DNA from: Octopus sinensis
Lineage: Eukaryota
Length of the DNA: 64,000 bases
Direction of reading: 5' to 3'
Assembly: GCF_006345805.1 (NCBI RefSeq)
Contig: NC_042998.1
Span: 60,202,001 to 60,266,000 of the forward strand
How positions within the stretch are numbered: the stretch's first letter is position 1; every line of letters starts with the position of its first letter. Under the pieces are notes generated by a model. It was not told the DNA's origin. It worked only from the letters and a program-made list of their open reading frames with translations, and made no database searches. This document shows positions 63,363 through 64,000 of this stretch, one piece after another. The position numbers and the translations under genes were made by a program.

Positions 63363-64000
63363 GACATATATGAAATCAACTATTCAGGGACAGTAATGAT
63401 TGGTTATTAGAGATTTGTGACAGAAGATAATATTCTGGTCTCAATATAATATATAGATTTTTAGCACGCCTGGAAAAATACCTTATGGCTTTTTCCCCGT
63501 CTTTACCTTCTGAGTTCAAATTCTGCCGAGGTCGACTTTGCCTTTTATCCTTTAGGGTCGATAATATAAGTAATAGTTGAATTAAAATCGATGTAATCGA
63601 CTTACCCCATCCTTCAAACTTTGAAATCAGCATAATATATAGATTAACGGCGGTATGCCTGGCAGGATCATTAGCATATCGAACTAAATGCTTACTTTGC
63701 TGCATTTCTTCCAGTGTTTTACGTTCTGAATTTAAATATTACCGAGGTTGACCTTGCCTTTCAACCTTTCAGAGTCGATAACATAGGTACGAGCTGAATT
63801 CTGATTTCGCTAAAATTGTCGGTCTTGTGTCAGAATTTGAAACCATGGTAATATATTGATTAAATTTTTACAATTGTTATTGAAATCAGCATTAAAATCC
63901 GAAAACTCAAAAACGTTCATTTCATTATCATTATCATAATCATTTATATTGGTTTTTTTAATATTTTTATTTCAAATTTTAGTTGTTTATCTTAATTTTC

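Overview
AT-rich, microsatellite-dense eukaryotic genomic DNA. The repeat content (tRNA-derived SINEs, Penelope-like elements, RTE/CR1/R4/Tx1 LINE fragments, Tc1/mariner relics, a Helitron) suggests an octopus or other coleoid cephalopod genome; this is inference. The window is dominated by one gene the ORF track misses: a villin/advillin-family actin-binding protein on the minus strand. I assembled 14 coding exons by hand (59337 down to the stop at 9486; 1361 nt, about 452 aa) encoding the G3-G4 linker, gelsolin repeats G4-G6 and a villin headpiece. All splice phases are consistent, the last intron is GC-AG, and the 5' part lies beyond the window. Everything else is intronic or intergenic repeat. 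Main observations: several type I hammerhead-ribozyme motifs in Penelope-derived repeats (two apparently intact families, two degenerate); a divergent hammerhead pair whose spacer is a 27-bp copy of nearby CR1 DNA; a long foldback element with a telomere-like core; a 701-bp duplication bracketing two villin exons; and candidate alternative splicing that could remove the headpiece. No rRNA, intact tRNA, CRISPR or prokaryotic features were seen. All alignments were done by eye; no database searches were run.
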